Shown: piece after piece, positions 6,878-16,650 of the stretch
Numbering within the stretch: position 1 is the first letter of the stretch
Layout: every line of letters starts with the position of its first letter
Position numbers and translations under genes: made by a program
Virus record (IMG/VR): IMGVR_UViG_3300043438_001546
Coordinates: 1-61,016 of that record
From: a virus
Taxonomy: Duplodnaviria > Caudoviricetes
Length of the DNA stretch: 61,016 nucleotides
Reading direction: 5' to 3' (one strand)
Notes under the pieces: model-generated
The model's database searches: none
The model's input: the letters and a program-made list of their open reading frames with translations, nothing else
What the model was told of the DNA's origin: nothing

Positions 6878-6927
6878 TGTTGCATAAACAAAAAGTTTTT
6901 TGTATATTATTAGATATTGTTTATTAA
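6878..6927 (+). promoter_or_regulatory. Putative late promoter TGTTGCATAA-N15-TATATT...ATATTGTTTATTAA
   Basis: Same architecture at 31425-31473. Confidence 0.6.
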
Positions 6928-6938
6928 AATCATAAGTT

Positions 6939-8081
6939 ATGTCAATTATAAATTCAGACGGTTTAAATACTAACTGGCAACTAAATGTTTTAAGAGGTCT
7001 GCAAGCTATTGCAGATGAGGTAGCAAAACCTCTTACCTGCGCTGAAGACGGAATTACAATATGTTCTCCAATAACTGGTTTAAATGTTAATGTTCACGAT
7101 GGCACTGGCATTCCAATAACAAGTACAATTGTTGGTGCAGATAAAGGACTGGATGTTAACATCATTAATGCATTGCCTTTAGAGATAAACTTAGATGCAG
7201 CAAATGACCAAGTAGGTATTTACGGTTATGATGGCACTACACCTACTCCAGTTTCTGTAGATTCAAATGGTTTTGTAAATACAAACACCTCTATAATATT
7301 TCCAAGCTCATTGCCAGTAACACAAGATCCAAGTTCAGATCCTTGGACAGTAGACGGAACTATAATTGCAAATCAAGGTACATCTCCATGGGTTGTTTCA
7401 GGAACAGTAGGTGTAACTGGCGAAGTAGAAATTATCAATGCTGTAGGAAGTCCAATACCTGTAATCATTACTGCTCCTGTACCTGTTATAAATGTAAACT
7501 TAGATGCAGCTGATGATCAAGTAGGAGTATATGGTTATATAAACGGGGTATCTACTACTCCTTTTCCTTTAAATGTAAATGCAACAGGTCAAGTTGCTAT
7601 TCAAGATGGAGGTAACTCTATTACAGTAGATGGTACTGTAATTACAGATGCAGCTACTAGTTCTGTTGCAATCTGTGGTACAGATGGTGTTACTAATAAT
7701 GTTGCAATCAGTGTTTCTCCAGCAGGACAACTTCTCACACAATCTAGTACTTTAGATGGTGCAGGAACTGCAATTACAAGTACTACTGTAAGTACTACAA
7801 CAGCTTTAGATGTTAATCAAGTTCCTTTTGTGAGAACACCTAATCTAAAAGTATATATAACAGGAACAGGTTTTATTGCAGTACCTGTATATTCAATTAC
7901 ATTCTTTAATAGTGGTTCTGATAATGAGCTAATTACTTTTGATGGTGGTACAAGTTATGAAAATATTCCTGCAGGTGTTTCTATATCAATGGATGCTGGA
8001 GGTAACAATACTTATCCAGCAAGTGAATTTGGATATGACATTCTTGGAAGTGGACCACTTATTATAACTTATAACTCTTAA
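6939..8081 (+). CDS. Putative virion structural or fibre protein
   Basis: Beta-rich G/T/V composition; internal repeat (I/V)NLDAAxDQVG(I/V)YGY. Confidence 0.65.
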   Translation: MSIINSDGLNTNWQLNVLRGLQAIADEVAKPLTCAEDGITICSPITGLNVNVHDGTGIPITSTIVGADKGLDVNIINALPLEINLDAANDQVGIYGYDGTTPTPVSVDSNGFVNTNTSIIFPSSLPVTQDPSSDPWTVDGTIIANQGTSPWVVSGTVGVTGEVEIINAVGSPIPVIITAPVPVINVNLDAADDQVGVYGYINGVSTTPFPLNVNATGQVAIQDGGNSITVDGTVITDAATSSVAICGTDGVTNNVAISVSPAGQLLTQSSTLDGAGTAITSTTVSTTTALDVNQVPFVRTPNLKVYITGTGFIAVPVYSITFFNSGSDNELITFDGGTSYENIPAGVSISMDAGGNNTYPASEFGYDILGSGPLIITYNS

Positions 8082-8083
8082 TT

Positions 8084-10858
8084 ATGGGAACTTTTATAAA
8101 AAGAGATCTGCCTAATGATGAATATCAAGCAGCAGTCTTATCTAATAATGCATCTGTTACAAATGTATTTGCAACTATTGCAGATTTACCTATAGTAACT
8201 GGTGAAGCAGATAGATTAGTATTTGATGTGAAGTATAATCAAACCGGAGGACTTGTAAAAGGTCAAGCAGTTTATGTTAGTGGAGCAAATGGTACTAACA
8301 TACTTGTTAGTAAAGCAGATTATACCACTGAAGCAACCTCATCTAAGACATTAGGTCTTGTAGTAGTAACTGGAGCAAATAACTTTCAAGGACAAGTAAT
8401 TTCTGATGGTTTATTATCTGGAATAGATACTTCTGCAGCAGGTGTTGCAGGTGATCCAGTTTGGTTAGGTCCTAATGGAACTTTGATATATGGATTAACA
8501 GCAAAGCCTTATGCACCAAATCACCTTGTTTTTATAGGGATAGTTACTAAAAAATCAGCTACGGTAGGTGAAATATTTGTTAAAGTTCAAAACGGTTTTG
8601 AGTTAGATGAACTTCATGATGTTCAGTTAAAAGGTACTGGTAATATTCCATTAGATGGAGATGTTTTGACGTATGAAGCAGCCACTCAGTTATGGAAAGC
8701 AAAACCTATTGTAAATCAAAATGATTCACCACTTGTATTTGTTATTGCAGCAACTGAAGGAGTACTAACAGGTACTCCAACTTATTTTAATGGTGTTGCA
8801 AATGACGGCATTGGAGCAAAATTAACAGCAACTTTAAATGGTGTGGTTTCCGATAATACATCTTTAGGTAGAATTGATACTAGTTATATTCCAGAAGTTG
8901 GTGATTTGATACTTGTTAAGAATCAAGTAAATCAATTTCATAATGGAGTTTATGAAATTGCAGATACAGGAAGTGTTTCTACACCATATATCTTAACTAG
9001 AAGTGTAGATATTGATGCTCCAGAAGAATTGTATCCATTACAAGTAAATGCATTTCAGGGATTAGTAAACGGTAGTAAATACTTTACTCAAACAAATACT
9101 GCATGGGGTAACACTACTCCACCTATAGTTGGATTTGCTGACATCACTTTTGCTCTTACCACACTTACTACAGCACCGTTACAAATAACATTTGTAGATA
9201 ATGCTACGTCTGTAGCACTTCCTATTTGCGTATATACATTAGGTACAGATTTAACTAAACCAGGAGTAGGTGCTACATTAAAAGCAACTGCTGCAGGTAC
9301 TTTAATTGTATCAGGAATGACAGCTGGTGCTAGTACAACATCATTAACACAATTTACAACATTACTTGTAAAAAATCAAGCTGAACCTCGTCATAATGGC
9401 ACGTATCAAGTAATTAATCCAGGAAGTGCAACATCAGCATGGGTATTAAAAAGAATAGATGAACTGGCTGCTGGATTTAATAAAGCATTAAGAATTGTAT
9501 TTTGTTCTCATAATACATCTGCTTTTGCAGGAACATATTTTACACCAACATGGAACCCAACTCTTTTAAATAAAAACATTGGTGTTACAGTAGGTATACC
9601 AGTACCATCAACTAACAGTATTGATTATGCTACTTATACTCCTCAAAATGGTAGATTTGGTATTGCCAATTCAAATGGTGCATATACATTTTATGCAACA
9701 TTATCTTCAGCAATGACTGCTGCATTATTAGGTCAAACTATTGAGATGTTTGCTGATGTTACAGAAGCAGGAGCTGTTGCAATTCCCTTAAAACAAGGAG
9801 TTGATATTAATGGTAACGGTCATACCTATACCTATACTAATAACTCTGGAACAATGTTTTCATATATTCTTACCGGTGGAGTTATTGTAACAACAATTAA
9901 TATACTGAATCTTAATATTGTAAGAACTAATACTGCATCTACTGCAGCTCCTGTATTTGGTTCATTTACAAATCCATCTGGAAGTGCTAGTACTACATTA
10001 AACTTTATTAATTCAACAGTTACTTATACAGCTACTTCTGGAAATACTCCAATAATACAATCAACGGCAGGAGCCTTTCATGTAGTAACAGTAAATGGAT
10101 TAACTTGTACTTCAAATGCATTAGGAACAGCTATAGCCTGTTCTTCTGCAAACTTTTGTACAATTACTTGCACTGGAGGTTCAATTGGTTATTCTGGAGG
10201 TACAATAAGTAATTCTAGAATAACAACTGCTTCAGGAAATGCAGTAGACGTTTCTACAGCTATTTCTTGTATAATTAGATGTACAACATCAGGAATAGGA
10301 GTTAGAGAGGGTAGTGCTACTGATACAACTATTACTACAAATACAGGAATCTGTATGGAATCTGGATTTGTTATAGCTCAAGGATTTGCAAACAGATGTA
10401 ATGCAAGTTCAACATCAGGAATTTGTTACAGAAGAGTTATTACTACAAATTGTACTGGAACAACAGGAGCTAATACTGTACTTGACCTTTGGTTTAACTA
10501 TAGTGATGGTACAGCTAAATTTCGTAGAAATTACTTTGTTTGTAATTCTGCAGTTCCCGCTGTAATTAATGGTACAGGTGGTGATTTTGAAATTGTAGAC
10601 TGCACTATAGTTCAAAATGGAACTGGTCCTGGAGTTAGACTATATGGATCTGTAGTAACTCATCCTCCTCAAGACGTTATAAATTGTACCATTATACTGC
10701 CACAAAGTAGTGCAGCAAATTGTATAACTGCATCAGCTTCACCAGGTAATGCAAGACTTATTAATAATAAATTTAAAGGAGCAACTACTCCTATAAATAC
10801 CAATGTACTACAGCTTGTAGTAAATACAATTGATAACCAAGGAAATATTTTATTATGA
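8084..10858 (+). CDS. Tail fibre/spike with a duplicated LVKNQ...HNGxY module and a C-terminal beta-helix-like region
   Basis: ELHDV...DGDVLTY fibre motif; two LVKNQxxxxHNGxY modules; T/S/C-rich repetitive C-terminus. Confidence 0.75.
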   Translation: MGTFIKRDLPNDEYQAAVLSNNASVTNVFATIADLPIVTGEADRLVFDVKYNQTGGLVKGQAVYVSGANGTNILVSKADYTTEATSSKTLGLVVVTGANNFQGQVISDGLLSGIDTSAAGVAGDPVWLGPNGTLIYGLTAKPYAPNHLVFIGIVTKKSATVGEIFVKVQNGFELDELHDVQLKGTGNIPLDGDVLTYEAATQLWKAKPIVNQNDSPLVFVIAATEGVLTGTPTYFNGVANDGIGAKLTATLNGVVSDNTSLGRIDTSYIPEVGDLILVKNQVNQFHNGVYEIADTGSVSTPYILTRSVDIDAPEELYPLQVNAFQGLVNGSKYFTQTNTAWGNTTPPIVGFADITFALTTLTTAPLQITFVDNATSVALPICVYTLGTDLTKPGVGATLKATAAGTLIVSGMTAGASTTSLTQFTTLLVKNQAEPRHNGTYQVINPGSATSAWVLKRIDELAAGFNKALRIVFCSHNTSAFAGTYFTPTWNPTLLNKNIGVTVGIPVPSTNSIDYATYTPQNGRFGIANSNGAYTFYATLSSAMTAALLGQTIEMFADVTEAGAVAIPLKQGVDINGNGHTYTYTNNSGTMFSYILTGGVIVTTINILNLNIVRTNTASTAAPVFGSFTNPSGSASTTLNFINSTVTYTATSGNTPIIQSTAGAFHVVTVNGLTCTSNALGTAIACSSANFCTITCTGGSIGYSGGTISNSRITTASGNAVDVSTAISCIIRCTTSGIGVREGSATDTTITTNTGICMESGFVIAQGFANRCNASSTSGICYRRVITTNCTGTTGANTVLDLWFNYSDGTAKFRRNYFVCNSAVPAVINGTGGDFEIVDCTIVQNGTGPGVRLYGSVVTHPPQDVINCTIILPQSSAANCITASASPGNARLINNKFKGATTPINTNVLQLVVNTIDNQGNILL

Positions 10859-11178
10859 TGACAAAAATTGATATACTATTGAGTGATATAATATCTGTTA
10901 TTGATGATACCACTCTGATCCGCAAAATCAGTGATCTTGAAGGCAAGGACTTAAGCGCATATCAAGATTTTACTGATATGGTAAATAATAAACAACATAT
11001 AGAATATAATCAAACTTTTATAACAGATTATTATGTTAAAAGATATGCTTTAATATTGCAAGAAGATTTGATTATAAAAGAAATAGAAGAAGTTTTATAT
11101 GATGATTTATCTGATTCAGAAAAATTAATATTTGATAACTTTTATAATACATTTACATCATGGCAGCAACACCAATAA
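10855..11178 (+). CDS. Acidic hypothetical protein, possible fibre-assembly helper
   Basis: ORF track; coupled to the fibre gene. Confidence 0.6.
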   Translation: MMTKIDILLSDIISVIDDTTLIRKISDLEGKDLSAYQDFTDMVNNKQHIEYNQTFITDYYVKRYALILQEDLIIKEIEEVLYDDLSDSEKLIFDNFYNTFTSWQQHQ

Positions 11179-11786
11179 CAACTAAAATGGCAGCAGCCAT
11201 TAACTATACTTATGTTACAGATAGTTCTGCTGATTGGTTATTGCCAACTTTACCAAACAATACTTACTTTTATGATAAGGCAGATAAGTTGCCTTATTAC
11301 AAAGATGCATCTGGTAACATAATTAAGGTATTTGAAACAGCAACATATAAAACAGCAACCCTTAATTTTCAAACTGGAACTATTAACCCTGCAAATAGTT
11401 CTACTTATGTAATTCCAGGAAATGCAAATTATGCTCCTGTACTTTTGCTAAATGTAAGTCCTAGACATAGCGTAAGAACTCCAATTGGTGGATTTGTTAG
11501 ATCAGTACAACTTTCAACATTTATACAAACTTCTTTTGGAGGTACAGGTTGGACTGGTACTTTTAGAATACATAATGTGACAGCAGGTACTTTTGTAGAT
11601 ATTATAACTGGATATAATTTTGCTTCTGGTGCTTATATTAACTTTGGTAGAAATGACCATTATCCATTGACTACATTCTTAGCTGTAAATGAAGGTGATG
11701 AACTTCAAATTAGATTAATTACTGCTACTTCTGGTACTGCTCCAGCCGGTTGTTATTTTACTGCACAAGTTTATATTACCCAATAA
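11160..11786 (+). CDS. Putative virion structural protein (beta-sandwich tip)
   Basis: ORF track; LAVNEGDELQIR-type motif. Confidence 0.6.
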   Translation: MAATPITTKMAAAINYTYVTDSSADWLLPTLPNNTYFYDKADKLPYYKDASGNIIKVFETATYKTATLNFQTGTINPANSSTYVIPGNANYAPVLLLNVSPRHSVRTPIGGFVRSVQLSTFIQTSFGGTGWTGTFRIHNVTAGTFVDIITGYNFASGAYINFGRNDHYPLTTFLAVNEGDELQIRLITATSGTAPAGCYFTAQVYITQ

Positions 11787-11831
11787 AATCATGAAAACAA
11801 TGATTTGTAATAATATAATTATTTTAATAAA

Positions 11832-12347
11832 ATGAAAGAAGAAGCTAGAACGGGTTTTATAGGATTTACAGATCCTCTTGATTTTTTATATTCTCTTGTA
11901 GGAGCAAAAACCTGGTTTATAAATTTAACAGTTGCTTTTTGTGTTTCTTTAAGTTCATTTGTATCAAATTATATTTGGGATGATCCTAAAGCTGTATTTA
12001 CTCTATGGTCATTAATGATTGCAGACTGGATAACAGGCATAGTTAAAAGCATAATAAATAAAAGATTTGTAAGTTTTAAAATTTGGAGAATGCCTCTTTA
12101 TTTTATTGCAACATCTTATTTGCTTCATATATCTTGGGGAATGGCAAAAGGTAATATCTTATTTACTTTGCTTCCAGGATTAGTTATAGGCGGTTTTTAT
12201 TCAGTATATTTTATATCTTTACTTGAAAATTTAGGAGAAATAGGAATCCTTCCTAGAACATTAGTAAGAGCATTAAAATCAAAATTTGGTTTACAAAAGC
12301 TAATTAATAAAGATAAAGATAAAGAAAATGGAAGAGAAAACAATTAA
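11832..12347 (+). CDS. Holin-like membrane protein
   Basis: Several TM segments, DWITGIVKS and ISLLENL motifs of phage holin family 4; upstream of the amidase. Confidence 0.7.
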   Translation: MKEEARTGFIGFTDPLDFLYSLVGAKTWFINLTVAFCVSLSSFVSNYIWDDPKAVFTLWSLMIADWITGIVKSIINKRFVSFKIWRMPLYFIATSYLLHISWGMAKGNILFTLLPGLVIGGFYSVYFISLLENLGEIGILPRTLVRALKSKFGLQKLINKDKDKENGRENN

Positions 12348-12552
12348 AGAAAGATGGAAAGCAAAAACACCAAAGTTTTGGAAAAAAATGCAAAGAATTG
12401 GTATAGTGTTTGGAGCAGTAGGAGCTATTCTTTTAGCTTCGCCTGTGGCACTACCAGCAGCAGTGTTAACTGGAGCTGGGTATCTGATTGCACTTGGTAG
12501 TGCAACTGCAACATTATCACAACTTACAGTTGAAAATCCTGAAATAAAATAA
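12328..12552 (+). CDS. Small two-TM lysis-cassette protein (holin-like)
   Basis: RWKAKTPKFWKK followed by a hydrophobic hairpin. Confidence 0.65.
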   Translation: MEEKTIKERWKAKTPKFWKKMQRIGIVFGAVGAILLASPVALPAAVLTGAGYLIALGSATATLSQLTVENPEIK

Positions 12553-12554
12553 CC

Positions 12555-12848
12555 ATGGCAAAGAAAAAAATTGAAGATTTTAAAGTGAATGTTGATACCA
12601 AAAAGGTAGATGTTCATGTAGAAAAAAAAGAAGGTAAATTTAAAGCTGAAGTCAATACTGAAAAGATTGATGTAAAGTTTGAAAAAGGAACAGATGGTTC
12701 AGACTTTGATTTGGATTCTAAAAAACTTGACATTCATGTTAGAAAAGATGAAAACGGAACTACTGTTGAAGTTGAAGCTGCAAATGGATTCTTAAAAAAG
12801 ATAGGTAACTTCATTTCAAAAATCTTTGTTAAAAAATTCAATAAATAG
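12555..12848 (+). CDS. Hypothetical protein with repeated (T/S)xKxD(V/I) units
   Basis: ORF track; TKKVDV, TEKIDV, SKKLDI; amphipathic C-terminal helix. Confidence 0.7.
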   Translation: MAKKKIEDFKVNVDTKKVDVHVEKKEGKFKAEVNTEKIDVKFEKGTDGSDFDLDSKKLDIHVRKDENGTTVEVEAANGFLKKIGNFISKIFVKKFNK

Positions 12849-12852
12849 AATC

Positions 12853-13536
12853 ATGGGAGAATTAGACTTAAAAAAAATCAAACAAGTTCCTTTATCATCA
12901 GGTCAATACTTTAATGAAGAAATTAAAAAAGTTCAAATTGTTCTGCACCATACTGCTGGAAATTCTTCTGCACCTGCAACCATTAAAATGTGGGATAAAG
13001 ATGACAGAGGAAGAATTGCAACATGTGTTGTAATCTCAGGAAACGGTGCGTCTAAAGATACTTTTGATGGAGAGATTTGTCAAGCATTTGGTTCTAAAAA
13101 ATGGGGTTATCACTTAGGTCTTAAACAAGATATTTTTAGAGCCAAAGGTGTTCCGTACAAGTCTATTGATCCTATAGCTATAGGTATTGAGATATGCAAT
13201 TGGGGACCTCTTACATTTAAAGCTGGCAAGTTTTATAATTATGTTGATAGAGAAGTTCCAGTCAACCAAGTATGCGCATTAGAAAAAGCTTACAAAGGAC
13301 ATTCATATTATCACTTATATACAGATGCTCAAATAGAATCTGTGCGTCAGTTGTTGGTTTATTGGAATCAAGTACATGGAATTGACTTGACTTACAATGA
13401 AGACATCTGGGATATAACCGTTAGGGCTTTAAAAGGAGAGAATGGGGTTTTCACTCATAACTCATACCGTAAAGATAAATCTGATGTTTCTCCACAACCA
13501 AAGTTAATTGCAATGTTAAAATCTTTGAAAGCATGA
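12853..13536 (+). CDS. Endolysin, N-acetylmuramoyl-L-alanine amidase (Amidase_2)
   Basis: IVLHHTAG, IGIEICN, YTDAQIES, THNSYRKDKSD zinc-amidase motifs. Confidence 0.9.
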   Translation: MGELDLKKIKQVPLSSGQYFNEEIKKVQIVLHHTAGNSSAPATIKMWDKDDRGRIATCVVISGNGASKDTFDGEICQAFGSKKWGYHLGLKQDIFRAKGVPYKSIDPIAIGIEICNWGPLTFKAGKFYNYVDREVPVNQVCALEKAYKGHSYYHLYTDAQIESVRQLLVYWNQVHGIDLTYNEDIWDITVRALKGENGVFTHNSYRKDKSDVSPQPKLIAMLKSLKA

Positions 13537-13814
13537 ATAAAAATCAATTTAAAGGACTAGCATATACAAAAAATGTAGATGCTTTAAATTATGCACCATC
13601 AAATAGAGCAAAAGGAAGTTTACTTCGTAGAGATGACGGTGGAGAAATTTGCGAAACTACATCAGATGGTGGAAGAGGTTGTCGGAAAAAATCTAAATCA
13701 AAATCAAAAGGTTCGTCTCAAGAAAGTAAAGGAGGTGTGTTAGGTGTTATTGGTGCAGCTATTGCCGGAACACTTGGTGGCCTTGGTTACAAAAAAATGA
13801 AAGAAAGAGAATAA
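13533..13814 (+). CDS. Hypothetical protein with a C-terminal Gly-rich TM segment
   Basis: ORF track. Confidence 0.65.
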   Translation: MNKNQFKGLAYTKNVDALNYAPSNRAKGSLLRRDDGGEICETTSDGGRGCRKKSKSKSKGSSQESKGGVLGVIGAAIAGTLGGLGYKKMKERE

Positions 13815-14107
13815 TGGCTAGAAATTCATTAGCAGGTAAGTCTACTGGAACCAGTAAGTCTGCAAAGTATTTTGCTTCTAATCCTGAAGCGCGTAAGAAA
13901 AAGAATGAATACAACAAAGAGTATCATTCAAGTCCTTCGCGTATCAAATACAGAGAAGAATTAAATGCTGCTAATAGAAAAGCTGGAACTTATGGTAACA
14001 AAGACGGCAAAGATAAATCACATACTAAAAAAGGAAAGTTGGTAAGTGAGAAAGCATCTACAAACCGCGCTAGAAATGGTAAAGGCAACAATGCTAGAAA
14101 AAAATAA
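13814..14107 (+). CDS. Basic protein with a degenerate HNH-like motif
   Basis: DGKDKSH...NRARN; K/R-rich. Confidence 0.65.
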   Translation: MARNSLAGKSTGTSKSAKYFASNPEARKKKNEYNKEYHSSPSRIKYREELNAANRKAGTYGNKDGKDKSHTKKGKLVSEKASTNRARNGKGNNARKK

Positions 14108-14137
14108 ATCCCCCCTTTGACTTTCATTTCATTGGCT

Positions 14138-14165
14138 AAAGCACTTTTCAAGAGGTGCTTTTTTT
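14138..14165 (+). terminator. Intrinsic terminator
   Basis: AAAGCAC/GTGCTTT stem plus T-run. Confidence 0.65.
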
Positions 14166-14196
14166 ATTAAACATAAAATAGTTAACCATTTATTAT

Positions 14197-14204
14197 TATA
14201 TTTG
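14197..14204 (+). promoter_or_regulatory. Bacteroidota -7 element TATATTTG
   Basis: TAnnTTTG after the terminator and before the 14226 operon. Confidence 0.6.
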
Positions 14205-14225
14205 GCATAATAAACATTAAATATT

Positions 14226-14483
14226 ATGTCAGAACAAACCAACCAAGAAGAACGCGAGTACACTCCACAAGAGATACGCGCCATGCAAGAAAAAACAATT
14301 GCATATTACAAAAGTCAAGAAAAAGTTCTTGCTGCTCAATGTACTGTTGAAGAGTACAAAGCCCGCATTAAAAAAGCGCAGTTTGAAGCATTTGATTATT
14401 CAATGAGAATGATGCAAATTAATCAAGCTATGCAAGATGCAGCTGAAGAAGAAAAAAAAGAAACTGAAACAAAAGAAGAATAG
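14226..14483 (+). CDS. Coiled-coil hypothetical protein
   Basis: ORF track. Confidence 0.75.
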   Translation: MSEQTNQEEREYTPQEIRAMQEKTIAYYKSQEKVLAAQCTVEEYKARIKKAQFEAFDYSMRMMQINQAMQDAAEEEKKETETKEE

Positions 14484-14485
14484 TC

Positions 14486-14869
14486 ATGGCAAAGGCGTTA
14501 GTTGTTAACAAGCAAGTGCCGCTATCTTTGATTGAAGTCATCAAGTTTCAAATAAACATGTACTGCTTCATAAATAAGATTAGGTTAAGTCCGGCACAAT
14601 TAGATTGTTTGTCTTTATTGGGATTATACGGTGAAATGAATATGTCAGATTTCTGCAATGAAGTTGTTTCTGAAGAAATTTTTGGTAATGTTCAAACTAC
14701 AAGAAACTTTATTACAAAGTGTGTAAAAGAAAATTTGGTAACTAGAAGTGGATTAGGAAACAAACTTGTTTCATTAAACAAAGATTTGGAGTTATTAACA
14801 GAAGGAACTATATTACTGAATTTAAAAGTATATCATCTTGAAACCAACCAAGGGCAAGGAGCTAATTAA
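14486..14869 (+). CDS. Winged-helix (MarR-like) DNA-binding protein
   Basis: LSPAQLDCLSLL...QTTRNFITKCVKENLVTR pattern. Confidence 0.55.
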   Translation: MAKALVVNKQVPLSLIEVIKFQINMYCFINKIRLSPAQLDCLSLLGLYGEMNMSDFCNEVVSEEIFGNVQTTRNFITKCVKENLVTRSGLGNKLVSLNKDLELLTEGTILLNLKVYHLETNQGQGAN

Positions 14870-15233
14870 AAAAACAGCTCAAGAACTAAATTTACCAGAG
14901 GAAATGGTAAGGGATGTTGTTGAGTTTTATTATTCTATAGTAACTAGAAAGATTGAAAACTTAGAAAATGCTACAATTTTTTTGCATGGATTAGGTACTC
15001 TTAGATTAAGCAGAAGAAAGCTTGAAAAGAATATTGAAAAAATGCAAAAACTATTAGAGAGCAACTCTCAAGAGGATTTTAAAAAAGTTATTAAATTCAA
15101 TCTTTCTAAAACAATGTTGGATAGCAAAGTTAAAGGATTAGAAATGTGTAATGAGTACTACAAAGAAATGTATGAAAAGCGTAATAAAAATTTGGAAAGC
15201 AAAAGGGCAAATCCTGGAGGGGATCAAGAATAA
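14838..15233 (+). CDS. IHF/HU-like protein
   Basis: KELIKKTAQELNLPEEMVRDVV...IFLHGLGTL matches HU/IHF; typical Crassvirales gene. Confidence 0.7.
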   Translation: MKPTKGKELIKKTAQELNLPEEMVRDVVEFYYSIVTRKIENLENATIFLHGLGTLRLSRRKLEKNIEKMQKLLESNSQEDFKKVIKFNLSKTMLDSKVKGLEMCNEYYKEMYEKRNKNLESKRANPGGDQE

Positions 15234-15498
15234 CATATTCAAGAATGAACATGTTGAAGAAATTGCCAAAGAAAGATGGATGATTTGTGAAGGTTGTCCG
15301 TTAGTAGATAAAAAAGGAGATAAGTGTTTGGTTCCTGGAACAGGACCTTGTTGTGGTTCATGCGGATGCAGTATGGGATTAAAACTAAGAGCACTTGGTT
15401 CTGATTGTCCAGAAGGTAAATGGGATGCAGTGTTGTCACATGAAGAAAGTTATTTACTACAAAAAAAATTGAGCGATGAACAGTCTGAAAAAAAGTAA
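15172..15498 (+). CDS. Cys-rich zinc-finger protein
   Basis: RxxICxxCP...CxxCGC...KxR...CPxGKW; start uncertain (15151 or 15172). Confidence 0.7.
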   Translation: MKSVIKIWKAKGQILEGIKNNIFKNEHVEEIAKERWMICEGCPLVDKKGDKCLVPGTGPCCGSCGCSMGLKLRALGSDCPEGKWDAVLSHEESYLLQKKLSDEQSEKK

Positions 15499-15814
15499 CT
15501 TATATAACAGTGCGCCTATTGTTTCACCTATTGATAATGGTTTAGGTATAATGCCAATTGATTCTAGTGATGCACAAGGATTATGGGGTCAAATAACTCA
15601 AAACAACGCAAACATTTATGATCCATGGAAAACTTTATCAATTTCTGCAGAAGAAAAAGAATATTTGGAAACAATTGCGTTGGCTGCAGATTTGTTAGCT
15701 AGTCATGTAATTACAACTCAAGACTTTTTTAAACTTAAACTTTTGCTTAAAAGTAAAGATGAAGAAATAAGAAATGCAGGTATCATATTTTTAAACCAAA
15801 AGGCAAAACTATGA
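15476..15814 (+). CDS. Hypothetical protein
   Basis: ORF track; overlaps both neighbours. Confidence 0.65.
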   Translation: MNSLKKSNLYNSAPIVSPIDNGLGIMPIDSSDAQGLWGQITQNNANIYDPWKTLSISAEEKEYLETIALAADLLASHVITTQDFFKLKLLLKSKDEEIRNAGIIFLNQKAKL

Positions 15815-16650
15815 GTGTAAAATTTTATGCCGATGAACACAGATATATCAGCGTTGATGAAAGAGATCCCATTGATTGGATAAGTGTAACAAGATTGATT
15901 CATTACTTTAAAGAACCATTTGATACAATCAAAATGGCTGAAGCCTGTTCTAAAGGAAAAAATCCTAAGTACAATAAAATGACTCCTGAAGACATCATTA
16001 AGCTGTGGGAATCTGAAAACAAAAGAGCTGTTAATTTAGGTTCATGGTATCATGACCAAAGAGAAAAAGATGTTCTTGCATGTAATACAATTACAAGGAA
16101 AGGTAAAGAGTTAACCATTATAAACCCTTTGATGGACGGAATGGTTAAACTTGCGCCAGATCAACAATTAACTGATGGCATTTATCCTGAACATTTGGTA
16201 TATTTAAAGTCTACTGGTATTTGCGGACAGGCTGATAGAATTGAAGTTGTAGATGAATTGATTGATGTGTATGATTACAAAACAAATAAAGAAATCAAAC
16301 TTCAGGGATTTACAGATAGACTAGGTAAAAGTAAAAAAATGCTTGGTCCTCTTTCTCATTTAGATGAGTGTAATTACAATGAATATGCTTTACAATTAAG
16401 TACTTACATGTACATTATGTTAAAGCATAACTTTAATTTGAAACCAGGTAAGATTCAACTAGATCACATTGAATTTGAAATTGATCACCTAGACAAGAAT
16501 GGTTATCCTGTTGTTGCTACAGATGCTATGGGTGATCCGCTAGTAAAAAATGTAACACCGTATGAATTACCATACATGAAGAAAGAGGTGATTGCAATGT
16601 TTAAATATGTACAAGAACACAGAGAAAAAATATTAAACCATGGCCATTAA
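15811..16650 (+). CDS. PD-(D/E)XK (RecB/Cas4-like) exonuclease
   Basis: SVT, GSWYH, GICGQAD, DYKTNK, YALQLSTY motifs. Confidence 0.85.
   Translation: MSVKFYADEHRYISVDERDPIDWISVTRLIHYFKEPFDTIKMAEACSKGKNPKYNKMTPEDIIKLWESENKRAVNLGSWYHDQREKDVLACNTITRKGKELTIINPLMDGMVKLAPDQQLTDGIYPEHLVYLKSTGICGQADRIEVVDELIDVYDYKTNKEIKLQGFTDRLGKSKKMLGPLSHLDECNYNEYALQLSTYMYIMLKHNFNLKPGKIQLDHIEFEIDHLDKNGYPVVATDAMGDPLVKNVTPYELPYMKKEVIAMFKYVQEHREKILNHGH

Noticed and set aside
15811-16650. Cas4/CRISPR adaptation role
   Set aside because: No Fe-S Cys cluster pattern and no cas genes; fits the generic crAss-like PD-(D/E)XK nuclease
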